DNA of 63,924 bases, filler included, from Lenisia limosa (GCA_001655205.1; 13 parts of 13 records of this genome joined end to end with filler, not necessarily neighbours in it), one strand, 5' to 3'; positions 24,801 through 37,700 are shown, counted from the whole stretch's first letter. Numbers and translations are program-made. Notes: generated by a model from the letters alone, not told the origin.

Positions 24801-25186
24801 TCTGGACTATGAGAGGAAATACCTGCCCAGGGGAGGGAAACTGAGAGATCGATATGGTGAAACAAGAGGAATCAAAATAAACTTGAAAATGATAACATTC
24901 AATCATCAGTATTGCATTTTGAACAACAGGTAGTGTTCTGCTCAGACCTTTTGACATTGGCAGTCATAGCCTAGGTATACCTCGGAACAAGGGCCACTAT
25001 GGGTTAATCTTGAATCAAATGTGCAATAACAAGAATATAACCAATAATTCAGGGATGGAAGAAGGTGGAAGGCCTGAGAAAAACGAGATAGGGGTCTCCT
25101 GCCTACTGCTTTATACGATCCTGGACGATAAAGCGCCCATTCGGACCAACACGAGTACCATAGGCAATTGCACGGCCGGATAACAT
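21865..25186 (-). CDS. Divergent casein kinase 1 (CK1/TTBK/VRK group) protein kinase
   Basis: Exons give GRFIVQDRIKHGPCSEVYLGYD, PVAIKFE, LIVLALLGPSLESLNR, VTPDNICIG..LIDFGSAARF, MRYAPLASHFGSVQGPRDDVESLLY and YTYIRSLNYGAIVDY. These are CK1-group signatures (LLGPSLE, RY-x-S-x-x-x-H, R-x-DD-x-ES). Confidence 0.8.
23282..23347 (-). repeat. Family X repeat spanning an entire 66-nt GT-AG intron
   Basis: GTAAGTGATTAGTACCTTTACGGCAATAGTCTTCATCAAAATTTCCTTCGTTTTACCCCCCCGCAG; homologous copies at 296-347, 31360-31424 and 47205-47267. Confidence 0.75.
24170..24258 (-). repeat. Family Y repeat at an acceptor of the CK1-like gene
   Basis: Reverse complement ends TTTCATAAATTTTCCAATTTTACTCCCTCAAG|GAACCA. 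Confidence 0.85.
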
Positions 25187-25436
25187 TGTTTAATTGCACA
25201 GTTGACAGAAAATAGCTTAAACTCGCAACATAGTTTCCCGCTTGTGATACTACCTAATTAAATGGAATTTATTTACAAATATTACATTAACTAGCAAGGG
25301 ATAGCACACCGATTTCAGCTTTCGTCATGTTTTTGTAGATTCTATATACCCTCCAGCATTTCTTTTCACTGAAAAATCGAACAAAAACGGTCTTTGTAAG
25401 GTCCTCTGATTCTAACTCCTTGTGGAGGCACTGAAA

Positions 25437-27250
25437 ATGCACGAAGAAGTCGTAAGGTCCAAGCTGCAGCTCAAAGGGTCGACTCTAAAAGACGTTTCCA
25501 AGTAAGCACGTTGCTGAACTGTCACAGTAACTCGTTATCAGTATTAAATGGAAGGACAAAAACAGGCTATCTTTTGTCATATCTTTTTTTTTGTGTTGTT
25601 TGAATTTTCGTGGAATTGTCTGAATAACATTGCCATCACTCAACAGGTTCTTGTTGTTGTTACTTTATTTTGAATGTTGATGGTTTGTAATTGTTGAGGT
25701 NNNNNNNNNNNNNNNNNNNNNNNNNNNNNNNNNNNNNNNNNNNNNNNNNNNNNNNNNNNNNNNNNNNNNNNNNNNNNNNNNNNNNNNNNNNNNNNNNNNN
25801 NNNNNNNNNNNNNNNNNNNNNNNNNNNNNTGCAGCCGGAGATGAAGCCGTCAAGATTGAGGATGAAGTGTTAAAGGTTAGCAGTGAGGGAAAATTTTAGT
25901 GCCTGGAGTTGCAAAGCAGGAAATCATGAGAAATCGTTGAAATGGAGTGTTATATTTCTTACTCTGTAAAAAAAGGTTTAGTGTCAGATTGATCCAACAT
26001 AATTTACAATGATATGATAGTGATATACTATTGAGAAACAGTTACTCGTTTTAAAGTATGTTGTGTTTTTTTTTGTTTTGTTTTGCTGGTTGAATTATTG
26101 GGTTGATAAGTCTTGCTCATCTGAGTCCTTCTTTTTACCCCCCCCCNNNNNNNNNNNNNNNNNNNNNNNNNNNNNNNNNNNNNNNNNNNNNNNNNNNNNN
26201 NNNNNNNNNNNNNNNNNNNNNNNNNNNNNNNNNNNNNNNNNNNNNNNNNNNNNNNNNNNNNNNNNNNNNNNNAAGAAAGCCCAAACAGTAGGAGGTTTTC
26301 TCTGTACAGTTTTTATTGGGACAATATTGTACTGCTAAGAAGGAATGAAATTTGTATTGGCTGGGTTGTGTTTCTGTTTTTCTATTTCTCCTATTTGTAT
26401 TTAACTCTTAACTAAGTAAACTAAGGGGAGGAACGTGGATGACACATTGTGTGAAGAGCTTTTGCCAGATACAACCTTTTTTTAAATACCACTGCACTCA
26501 TTTCGATTCAAAAAACATATATTGATGCTTCTCTTCCCTTTTTTTTTTTACTATATTAATGCGCAAATGGAGAATTATGCAGACTAGGAGAATGAAAGCC
26601 TTATTTTCCGCTTATATACCCTGTAGTACTTTGTTCCTTGATTAGGAGTAATTTTGGATCTAGGTAGCCAAAAAGACTCTTTAATACATCCTCAATTGGG
26701 AATGTTTTTTTATTGGGCCATAGCTTGTTGTTTTTGTGGTATCTTGTGCCTAAAATTTCCCTTTTACACCTGTGTTACTGACTTAGGACCGGATTAACAT
26801 CGAGAAGCAAGCACAGATTTCTCATAAGGTGCGCTTATCTGTATATAGTGACCAAAATAAGTCTTGACCGATTTGCAATATGTTTTCCCAAGGACAACAC
26901 GCACGTACTTTGAGTTGAGGTTCACCTTTTAGGAGCGAGTTACCCAGTTCAATGAGCACCTCTCCAAACTGTCTGAGCATCATGATGTATTTGGGGATTC
27001 GTTTTTATCAACAGTTATACATTATATTATATTGCATTTGAGGTGTTTTTATACACTTGGGTGTTATAAACTTATCCTTGTCTTGTTGAAGGAAGGCTTG
27101 GAGAACTTTTACAGCTTGACGTTTACCCTGGAAAGCGTAGTTTTACACTGCGTTTCCCTGTTTTTTTTTTTGTCACCGACTTCCAGTTGAATGACCTTGT
27201 GTTTAGTAATACTGACCTTCCAGATCCCCAAAATCTCGTGGACAAAGTAA
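25437..27250 (+). CDS. FAM32A: FAM32A-like (DUF1754) splicing factor
   Basis: N-terminus MHEEVVRSKLQLKG. Exons 26787-26828, 26933-26986 and 27224-27250 give ...QAQISHK-ERVTQFNEHLSKLSEHHD-IPKISWTK*, matching the human C-terminus THKQRVEDFNRHLDTLTEHYDIPKVSWTK. Confidence 0.85.
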
Positions 27251-27862
27251 CCCTCCTGCTTCCTTCGAAAGACCCTGCCAAGTCGCAAGTTCTTACTTGG
27301 CGCAATATTGTTGTAGTGTAATGATGTACTGGTTTTTCCTGACGCTGCAATATGCCCCCTTGAGGAAATGTGTTGTTTTATTAGAAGTTCACTGATTTTG
27401 GGAGTTAGGAGAGGAGCAGGCTGGGTGCAGGAGGGAATGAAGGGGTACAGGATATTCCCCAGTAGCCAGTTCAGTTCATTTTTCTCCCCTGCTGCCCCTG
27501 CCCCCCCCCTTTTTTTTTTTTTTNNNNNNNNNNNNNNNNNNNNNNNNNNNNNNNNNNNNNNNNNNNNNNNNNNNNNNNNNNNNNNNNNNNNNNNNNNNNN
27601 NNNNNNNNNNNNNNNNNNNNNNNNNNNNNNNNATTTCTTAGCTAACAACACGAGTTCTTCGAGTCCTAGATACTACAGATTGCCTCAGTAACTTTTGTGA
27701 AACTCTGATCTTCGTCCAGTATCACCTTGTTTTCCCCTTGTCTGAGGCTCCCAATCTTGGCTTCTTTGCAAAAACTAGCATTAGATTATCCAGTTCAGCT
27801 TCATAGGCAAGCAAGACTCATTTCAGCCAGCTTTCCTGCTTTCCTGTTGCCCCTCTCTGACA

Positions 27863-29080
27863 ATGGAAGCCGAAAGCCCTCGCCAGTCTCCTTCCAAGGA
27901 TACTAAGGAGAGGTCAGAGTCTCCAGACCCATCTAAGCGCTTCATGCTTGACACTGTTCGCAAGGAACACTCCGACGACAACGTCGCCTCAGTCCCCGAA
28001 CTCTCTGAAGTCCCGTCCGAATCCCGTGAAATGGACGATAATGAGAAGATGTTCGATGGAGAGCCCGTTGTCATTGACCAGAACGCGGACTATGGAGCAA
28101 AAACCCTTGGGGAGATGAACAAAGGTGAGGAATCGAAATAGCGTTTTTCGTTGTAAAATTGGGAATTTTACCCAATGATGATTTGACAACAAAGATATAA
28201 ATGCCTCAGTTGAGATGGTGCCGTGAAATGAAGCGTCTTTTTTTCGTTTTGTTTTTCTTCATTAATGATATGCAAACAGCCTTCACAGAATATTTCAACC
28301 CCATTTTACACTTGCAGAAAAGGAAGAGATTGAAGAGGAGGAGAGGAAGGCAGACGACATAGAGAAGAAGAGCGCGGCCGAGAAGTCCGAACTCAGGACA
28401 CAGCTATTCAACACTAGAATGGAGGACTTGGCCAGAGAGGCGAAGATGATCAAAAGCGGTGAGGGGGGGGGGGGNNNNNNNNNNNNNNNNNNNNNNNNNN
28501 NNNNNNNNNNNNNNNNNNNNNNNNNNNNNNNNNNNNNNNNNNNNNNNNNNNNNNNNNNNNNNNNNNNNNNNNNNNNNNNNNNNNNNNNNNNCCGTTGAAG
28601 AGCGCTTGTCGTCCAATAGGCGATGGAGGGACCAGCACCATAGCGCCATTAACCATGCATTTGAATGCGAGAGAAAATGTCTTGAGCAGGAGAGAGAGGT
28701 AGGGAAGGGTGCAGTCCTGTAGAATCAACTGGTAAAGGATGTAGTATTTATTTTACAACTTTGGGTTCCCGTTTATTTTTACCTCTTTTGGGGGGTTGTT
28801 CCACATAGCGATTATCATCATGTTTACTTCGCCAACAGAATTGATTATGTTTCGTAAATTTTAAATTTTATCCCCCCNNNNNNNNNNNNNNNNNNNNNNN
28901 NNNNNNNNNNNNNNNNNNNNNNNNNNNNNNNNNNNNNNNNNNNNNNNNNNNNNNNNNNNNNNNNNNNNNNATGCTCAGCGCCGTGCTTGAAGAGAAGAAG
29001 AAGATGGAGCAGGAGACGGGCCTTGTGTGCCAGGTCGACTTTGAGACCCCGGATGCATCCGCTCTGGCAAGGAAAACTAG
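27863..29080 (+). CDS. Sds3/BRMS1-like coiled-coil protein (3' partial)
   Basis: Acidic N-terminal exon, then ELRTQLFNTRMEDLAREAKMIKSG and RRWRDQHHSAINHAFECERKCLEQE, resembling the Sds3-family coiled-coil core. Recognised by eye only. Confidence 0.5.
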
Positions 29081-30308
29081 GTAGGTGTACATTGGCGATG
29101 TTATGGAAAGTGGGAAAAGTGGGAAGACTCAGTGTATAATATTTAGGATGGCGTAATACAATTTCAACGGCGGAAAACTTGAAAATCTCTAATTGTATGA
29201 GTTCTATGGTTTAACTTGAAGAAAACTTGGAACATAATAGAAATATTACTTCAAAAACACCAATTCCTTTCATAATAGTTTATCTCAAGACGCGATTTTT
29301 AACCATCCAGGGGTAAAAGGCAGGCCGACTATCAAACGCTTGCCGCCTTCCCCGCTTCATCAAGAAAGAAAAANNNNNNNNNNNNNNNNNNNNNNNNNNN
29401 NNNNNNNNNNNNNNNNNTTAATTAATTAANNNNNNNNNNNNNNNNNNNNNNNNNNNNNNNNNNNNNNNNNNNNCCATATTTTTGAGACAAAGAAAGCAAG
29501 AAAAAAAGACGGAAAATGGGAATTTATAAAAAAAATCGGGTAAAATCGGGTTTAGTGTCGGTAGCATATATATAAAAAGTGTAATCACCAAGCACCCCTG
29601 GTTCTGAGGACATAATTATATTTATATCATTGCTATATTTTTGAACTACAAACAATCCGAAATGAAAAACTCTATCCCCCCCCCCNNNNNNNNNNNNNNN
29701 NNNNNNNNNNNNNNNNNNNNNNNNNNNNNNNNNNNNNNNNNNNNNNNNNNNNNNNNNNNNNNNNNNNNNNNNNGAGTTCCTTTGGAAATTATGAACAATA
29801 GAGGTAAGAATTAACATTTTATGGTGATAAATATACCCAAAAACACAACCACACTAACCTTGGTCCAGCGGCGCTGTAACTTCAAGAATAGCAAAATAAT
29901 GGAAGGGTGTTCAGTTAAAAATTGGTGCTTAGGGAAATGAACTGAACTTTTTTGAAACAATTAAATTCTCATTTCTTCGGAATTTTTATATTTCTGTAGT
30001 CAAAAGTAAGATCAACCGTGGTTAGAAGGCCTTGTGATAGGTCAAAAATCAAAAACGACACGATATCTCAAAACCGGCGCAGTTTTGGCGCCTCAACACA
30101 AAGAATATAATATAGTATATGACAAGATATACAATATATAGCTATAGGATATTATATCATATATTGTACATATTGTATGACATATGTATATAATCGAAAT
30201 CATAAGAATGCTAGTACCCCGGACCAAGACGATCCATCCTCATAAGGGACAAATATTCGACTTTGTAAAAAAAACCGAAATAACCAACTATGTATGTTCA
30301 ACAAATAC

Positions 30309-30410
30309 CTTATCTGCATGGAGAACATTGGCCCCATACTCAAGAAGGGTCGTAATAATAGGAATACAGCCATTTATACTTGCTCTGATTAGAGGGGTTT
30401 GACCACTGAT
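30309..30410 (-). CDS. Single ankyrin-repeat exon of a fragmented gene
   Basis: 102-nt AG/GT-bounded exon ISGQTPLIRASINGCIPIITTLLEYGANVLHADK fits the ankyrin consensus G-x-TPL-x-x-A-x-x-x-G...LL-x-x-GA. Confidence 0.75.
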
Positions 30411-30935
30411 CTAAGTAGATTAATCAAATAAGGCAGTACTAAATACGTGAATCTGTTATTACGATATAACAAATTCAATATAAGTTTGTTTTGGTTGGAT
30501 ATTCTGAGTGCACACACCTGTATTGAAATACAACTGTTGTTAAACACACTTCTGCATCAAACTATTTTTTATTTCACCACCCATGTATGCACTCCATGAA
30601 TACAATTCCAAACTGTTACCACAAGTGTTAATTTACAATGTGATAGATATAGTAGATGTAATATACATGTAGGTGAGTGCACACGACCGCGACCTGTAAC
30701 ATAACCGCGACCGCTTTTCAAANNNNNNNNNNNNNNNNNNNNNNNNNNNNNNNNNNNNNNNNNNNNTTAATTAATTAANNNNNNNNNNNNNNNNNNNNNN
30801 NNNNNNNNNNNNNNNNNNNNNNTCACCCCTGTTATCAGCACCATCAATCACTTTCATCATCCTCGGCATCTTAACCAGCATCATCCCGCATTCTCACTTT
30901 TGTTTCTTAAGTTTCCCAATTTTACTCCCCCCCAG

Positions 30936-32850
30936 ACGAGTGTACGCAACTGCGGGCGCGTGGCGTTCACATTCAACGTCGAAAACATTCAGCCGCCGTG
31001 GTTTTCAGAGCCTACAAGCGGATATCTCACCCCGGGCGAGGCAGCAACCCTAAAACTCTCTTTTAAGCCGGAAAAGCCCGGACGTCAGGTTGCTCGGATT
31101 CAAGTGGGTGGGAACTTGCCATATGTGGCATCTGAACCTGCTTTATATGGACCGGATTCAAGTGGGAGTGGAAAACTTGTCTTATTTGGGAAACGCAGTT
31201 TCCTTTATTGAAATATATTTCGGAGATCAGGCGGTGGTGGGACTCTTCAAAGGCTGGCTCGGGCTTTGTTTTTGTATTTTGTCATTTATGTTTTTGTCTC
31301 CTGTTTTATTGCTTGGTTTTATCATTATTTTTGTTTGTTTGTTTGGAGTAGAATATTCGGTAATCAATACCTTTGCGCTATTATTCTTCATCGAAATTTC
31401 CTTCGTTTTACTCCCCCCCCCCCCNNNNNNNNNNNNNNNNNNNNNNNNNNNNNNNNNNNNNNNNNNNNNNNNNNNNNNNNNNNNNNNNNNNNNNNNNNNN
31501 NNNNNNNNNNNNNNNNNNNNNNNNNNNNNNNNNNNGAGTTGATTTGGGCTTTTTTGTTTTATAAATTTTTCGTTTTCACTCACCCCCTTCCCCAGATAAC
31601 GACTAAAACGCGGACAAAGGATGTGAGACTTGTGGGCACTGCAAAACGTGCCAAACTCAGCCTCAGTGGTGGGGGGAGGGGTTAAGTGTGTATAACCCCA
31701 TGCCAGTGAAAATAATCCCCCATTATCAATTATATAAATAACTCACACTCACACACACACACAGACTCACATACATACTCACACACACACACACAGACTC
31801 ACAGACAGGCACAATCACCCACACATACAGACACCTTATTTCACCAACGGAATTTGTTTTGTTGTTACCAACCCTCGTGTGTTGTCAGCCAACAGAGTTG
31901 ATTTTGGGCTTTNNNNNNNNNNNNNNNNNNNNNNNNNNNNNNNNNNNNNNNNNNNNNNNNNNNNNNNNNNNNNNNNNNNNNNNNNNNNNNNNNNNNNNNN
32001 NNNNNNNNNNNNNNNNNNNNNNNNNNNNNNNNNNNNNNNNNNNNNNNNNNNNNNNNNNNNNNNNNNNNNNNNNNNNNNNNNNNNNNNNNNNNNNNNNNNN
32101 NNNNNNNNNNNNNNNNNNNNNNNNNNNNNNNNNNNNNNNNNNNNNNNNNGGCTTTGTTTTTCTCTGTTGCTTTGTTTTGTTTTGTTTTGTGATTTTTTGT
32201 TCTGGTTTTTTGGTTGTTATTTTTTCTGGTTTTTTGGTTGTTATTTTTTCTGCTTTTGTTCGGCCACTTATGGTACGGTTTGATTTGTTCCTGGAATAAT
32301 GGAAAATACATACCGAGCCAGAGTTTACCGCACTACATCCCTATCTCCAAGCCGCCTCCCCCCCCCCCTTATTATATTTTCCAATTTGTACGATGGAGTG
32401 ATGGGATGCGGTGACTGGTCTGGGTTTTGTTTGTTTTGTTGTTACCAACCCTNNNNNNNNNNNNNNNNNNNNNNNNNNNNNNNNNNNNNNNNNNNNNNNN
32501 NNNNNNNNNNNNNNNNNNNNNNNNNGCATCACGCGAGGTCCTAATGAGCCCGCAGCCGCAAGCACCGACTGTCACCGACTTGAAAAATGACCCTTATCGA
32601 CTTGTACAAGTAAGCGGCTGAGTGCGGGAAAGCAAAGGTTTTGACATCATCAAAATTTGTGTTTTTTTGTTGTTGTTTCCCTCCCACTTATTGGGAAATC
32701 CAACCCTCTTCCACTTACCATAAGGGCAAGTCGACCCTCTCCCTTCTCAGTGCCACGTCAGAATACGAGCTAAGCCACGATAAATTAGCCGCCATTCCCA
32801 CCTCTCCGAGCCTTGTTCAAACCTGGGTCAACACGCATCCCCTCCAAACT
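30936..32850 (+). CDS. Fragment of an ASH (ASPM-SPD2-Hydin)/PapD-like Ig-fold protein
   Basis: VRNCGRVAFTFNV...EPTSGYLTPGEAATLKLSFKPEKPGRQVARIQ|ITTKTRTKDVRLVGTAKRAKLSLS matches the N-x-G...P-x-SG-x-L-x-PG...F-x-P pattern of ASH domains. Confidence 0.55.
31740..31830 (+). repeat. (CA)-rich microsatellite
   Basis: ACTCACACACACACACAGACTCAC units. Confidence 0.8.
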
Positions 32851-33642
32851 GAAGTCAGTTTCGGAACCCTTAAATCCCCGGGTACCCCGCTCGCTAATGA
32901 GCTGGCTGTGCCCCAGAGTGAGGGGGTATAAGGGGGGAAGTATGAGGTATCATTGAAGGGGTATAATGGGGGTACAGTAAAGCCCCTATTGAAACTAGGA
33001 TAATTAGGATCAGACAGTATTGAAACTAGGACCATAAAGAGTAAAGTGTCTATGGAAACTAAGACCATTGCCCCCTCCCCCAGTTGATTTTGGGCACTCT
33101 CGTGTGTTCTCAGCCAAAGAATTCATTTTGGGCTTATTTTGTTTCATAATATTTACAATTTTACACCCCCCCCCCCCNNNNNNNNNNNNNNNNNNNNNNN
33201 NNNNNNNNNNNNNNNNNNNNNTTAATTAATTAANNNNNNNNNNNNNNNNNNNNNNNNNNNNNNNNNNNNNNNNNNNNAAATAATGGGTTGTTTAAAAAAA
33301 TAATGGTGTCTCTTTTTTTTTTATTGAATAAAAGGGTGTGTTGATGGAACGAGGTGAAATTATTGAGATCGTGAGGAGGGGTTATGATGTTATTGTAGAG
33401 GGAAGGGGGCTCCAAGTGTTATGAGTGGGGCTTCCCTACAGTCCACATTTCTCAAAAAATCTTCGATAAATATCGATATTTTGACGGTCTTTTTCGGACT
33501 GTAGGGAAGCCCACAATGGGTTAGATGTGATTTATGGAGGGGCCAAGAGGGTAGAAAAGAGTTACACCCTAATCCATAACTCTCACTCTCCATATGGGCT
33601 TTTTTGTTTCATAAATTTTCCTGCTTTACTCCCCTTCTCCAG

Positions 33643-34245
33643 ATCCACAATTTCCCGTGCCGTATTCCGAGCCACAAATCAGGCTCCCCCCACCAGACCA
33701 ATCCTTCCCCGCCAATCCGGCATTTGTCCCCTCGCCATCCGAGTTTCAAGCCGACCTTGGCAACCCTCCGAGTGACTTTTCTGGGGATCTTGAGGAAGAT
33801 GGTGTTTTCGACCTGGGCGGCACGGGTAGGGGAGGGGGGGCTGTGGCTTTTTGTTCTTTCTGATTTACTGTCTTACTATTTCTTTCTCTGTGATTTACTT
33901 TCTTTCTTTCTGTCTCTTTCTTTCTTTTGGTTTTTTTTTTTTCTTTCTTTCTCTAGCTTTCTCTATCATTCTTTCTTCTTTCTCTCGTATTTGTTTTTTT
34001 GTTTTGTTTTTGTTTTCTGCTTCTTTTTTTTTTTTTTNNNNNNNNNNNNNNNNNNNNNNNNNNNNNNNNNNNNNNNNNNNNNNNNNNNNNNNNNNNNNNN
34101 NNNNNNNNNNNNNNNNNNNNNNCCTATAAGGTTGAAAAGAAGTCTTGTCTGACAGTTGCTGTTTTCACGACTTGCAGGTTATAATGACGGAATAGACGAT
34201 TTCGATAACGAATACCTTTCTGAAGAGCCGCCTCTGCCTTTCTAG
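33643..34245 (+). CDS. Last two exons of a Pro/acidic-tailed protein (5' partial)
   Basis: DPQFPVPYSEPQIRLPPP...DLGGT|GYNDGIDDFDNEYLSEEPPLPF*, with canonical junctions. Confidence 0.4.
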
Positions 34246-34730
34246 ACCCTTATGTTTTCCCCCCTTGTTCTTCTAGTTTTTCTTGTTCCGCTTAATGAAT
34301 TAAGCTGTTTCCCCAATCAGAGATACTGGAGCATCATTAATCACCCCTTACATCTCTAGACAGTTTTTGCGATATACAATTTATACATGCTGACCTAGAC
34401 CTAGAACAAAAAAAGAACATTTACAACATAAGTGACATTAGTAGTCCACCCCTTCATCATCATCGGTTACCTAGATTTGGTAAATCAAGTGTACCATCAA
34501 GTATTTCAATTAGTTTTATGTCCCTGTACTTGATATATTTGCCCTACCCACANNNNNNNNNNNNNNNNNNNNNNNNNNNNNNNNNNNNNNNNNNNNNNNN
34601 NNNNNNNNNNNNNNNNNNNNNNNNNNNNNNNNNNNNNNNNNNNNNNNNNNNNNNNNNNNNNNNNNNNNNNNNNNNNNNNNNNNNNNNNNNNNNNNNNNNN
34701 NNNNNNNNNNNNNNNNNNNNNNNNNNNNNN

Positions 34731-37700
34731 GCAAATTATCTCCCGGGTCGGGTTCCGGAGAGTTACTCCGCGAGTTTGGCCTGCTATACCTTCGGAGTGA
34801 ATAGTTGATGCCGGCTGAAATATCGAGGGATTTCAAGAGCACTGATGATTACACTGTGTGTACATGGAATGTGCTTTGGATGAACTAGTACTAATTACAA
34901 GACGTCTGGTTCATAAGAAACGAAATGAACCCGTTAGCCCCATCCATCACCACATTTAGACAATACTAATATTAGGAAACTCATTCAAAATATTATTTCT
35001 CATAAAAAATATCTAGATTTATTCATACCTGGGGGTGCCAAGCCTTGAAGATGACTCACCATCGGCAGAATTTGGAACACTTAGTCTGTGGGGGGGGGGG
35101 GGGGNNNNNNNNNNNNNNNNNNNNNNNNNNNNNNNNNNNNNNNNNNNNNNNNNNNNNNNNNNNNNNNNNNNNNNNNNNNNNNNNNNNNNNNNNNNNNNNN
35201 NNNNNNNNNNNNNNNNNNNNNNNNNNNNNNNNNNNNNNNNNNNNNNNNNNNNNNNNNNNNNNNNTTGTATCCTTATTCAAAAAACAAATAATAAAACAAT
35301 AACATCCCAACCGAAGAACGCTCTCTCGTACCTGCTAACTTCTAGGCGATCAGCAAGGGATTCAGGAGTGAGGTGGGAGGGGGAAACTGGGAAGTAAGAG
35401 GGGCAACTAAATTGAAACAGTACATCAAGGAGTATTTGATATTGCGTAGTATGTTTGAGTCTACTCTGAGCAGTTTTGATATATAGATTTGCACACTTTG
35501 TATGTAATAATGAGGACCACCTGTAATTCATATTATGAAGAAAATTATTAAAACTGTCTAAAATGGAGTTCTTGTTACATTATGTCTCACTTCAAATCTA
35601 AATATTCCAAATGCACGGAACTTTAGCAACAAATCTTAGGGTACAGATTACACTGAGATATAGTGGACGGCTTCGGCCTGATACCACATACCTTTTGTTA
35701 TTTCTCACCTCAGCATATTTTATATCATATACGTCCTTGTGACCCAAAAGTGGTTGCTTTGAAAATGGAATCGTGTGATATGACCATAATATTGGGGTAA
35801 TATGTAAAGGTGAGAAATATAAATAAAGTGATTGTAGTTGTCCGAAGCTGTCCACCGCAACACGTGGCATACCTGGGGCAGGGCGGGGCGAGCGAGGGGG
35901 TAGGTTGCCTGATGACCGGCTGAGATCATCGTGAGACCTTGAGTTGATTTGGAGGGAGGGGGAAGCGGATCGGATGGGTGACCTGAGTGAGTCATACGGC
36001 GCAGCATAGGAGATTGATGAGGGTTATTCATCATGGTAAGCTTTGCGCATCAGAATCAATTTTCTCTTCAGGTGTGACCACAGTTAGTAGCTACATTTCG
36101 CTTTCCCTTTGGAAACATAGGACTGGGGTGAAGACGATTTGCAAGAGATATTCTCCTCTTGTAAAAAATAACAAAAAAAAACATTTTGATCTGATGTATT
36201 GTATAATATACACAAACCTTGATCTTGAACTTGACCAAGACCGTGATCTATATATGATATGTATAGGTAGGGGTCTATCTCAAAAATAAAAAGTCCCTCG
36301 TATAATAAAAGCACCCAAGCACTTACTCTCATCAAAACAAGATTTTTTTTGATAAAAATAATAATTAGATGGATATATATCACATATTATACATTAGTTT
36401 ATAATATCATATATCTACATGTATAATAAAAACAAACAATAAAAAACACCCAAACCTTGAGCGGGACCTTGAACGAGATCTAAATCGATCAAATTGCGTT
36501 TTTGAACTTACGATACTCACTAATATATTTGTATACATTGGTAACAAAAGAGTTCACTCCTCTCTAACTTGTAAGAATATTATCTATACTTTGTTCAGAA
36601 AAGGAATTAAAGAAATGGTAATAATATTCATATTATATTTTATATCATGTGTTTATGATCCGAAGCTTCGAAGCCAATGCACCAGCAAACCTTGAGCGAG
36701 ACCGAGACACTGATCTTGATCTTGATCTAGATCTATATTGGTGACATCATGGACAAAATGACTCCGAATTGTCCCAGAATAAGTGTTGTTTATAATTGTA
36801 TAGAGATACATGCATCCTGTTCCTATATATAGTATATGAAACTATCATTCGAAATGCAAGAAAGATCATAATTCCTCAACTTTAGTAGTATGCTGTATAA
36901 TAACACACAATCGTTTAAGAGATCCAAAAAAGCAATATCAATATCAACAGATTCATTAATACCTGATAACCTTTGAGTTGAGAGGAATACGAAATATAAA
37001 AAGAGAAGAATCTACCAAAGCCATCCACACTACTACAGTTGCAAGGGGTATTGGATTATTATAAAAAGCGGTCCACACAATAAGATATACAGATCATTGT
37101 ATCTATAGATGAAGCAATTCACACCTTCACAGTTATAATGATAGATCAGGACAAAGCCGTGTTATATTTACAAGATCTTGGCAAACCTGGAATAGCATGA
37201 CGATCTTGATGATCTTGAAGACGTTCGTGACCGTGACCGAGAACTTCCTGATCTTCTGAAGTCGTAAGATAGGCAATACATATCTAGTATGCCTTTGTAG
37301 CTATAATGTACATAATGATGTACATATCATAATAGTATCACATAGAGTGACCTTGATAATATATACATGTATCATATGCATACGACCTGTTTTCAGTAGC
37401 ATTTCCCCATTGACAAAGGGTTAGTATATCATTATCTGCCACTCAATATGGCCAATATTTGAGTATGTGTGTTGAACCCGGATTCTCTATTAAAGTATAA
37501 CATTAATTCACACAATCATTTGCTTTACGTATCTGTGACTAGAAAAAAAGTGACATGGGTAGGACTTCACTTCGGTATGATAAAAGACTGAATTTCTCGA
37601 TAAATCCTCAAAAACTGTCGATATTTTACCGGTATTTTTCGAACCGAAGTGAATATGAAAATATGGGGATGAAGAATGAGATTACTTTGCAGAAATCAGA

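Noticed and set aside
27390-27470. Minus-strand ELATGEYP, resembling kinase subdomain IX
   Set aside because: Preceded by an in-frame stop with no acceptor and no other kinase motifs nearby; probably chance.
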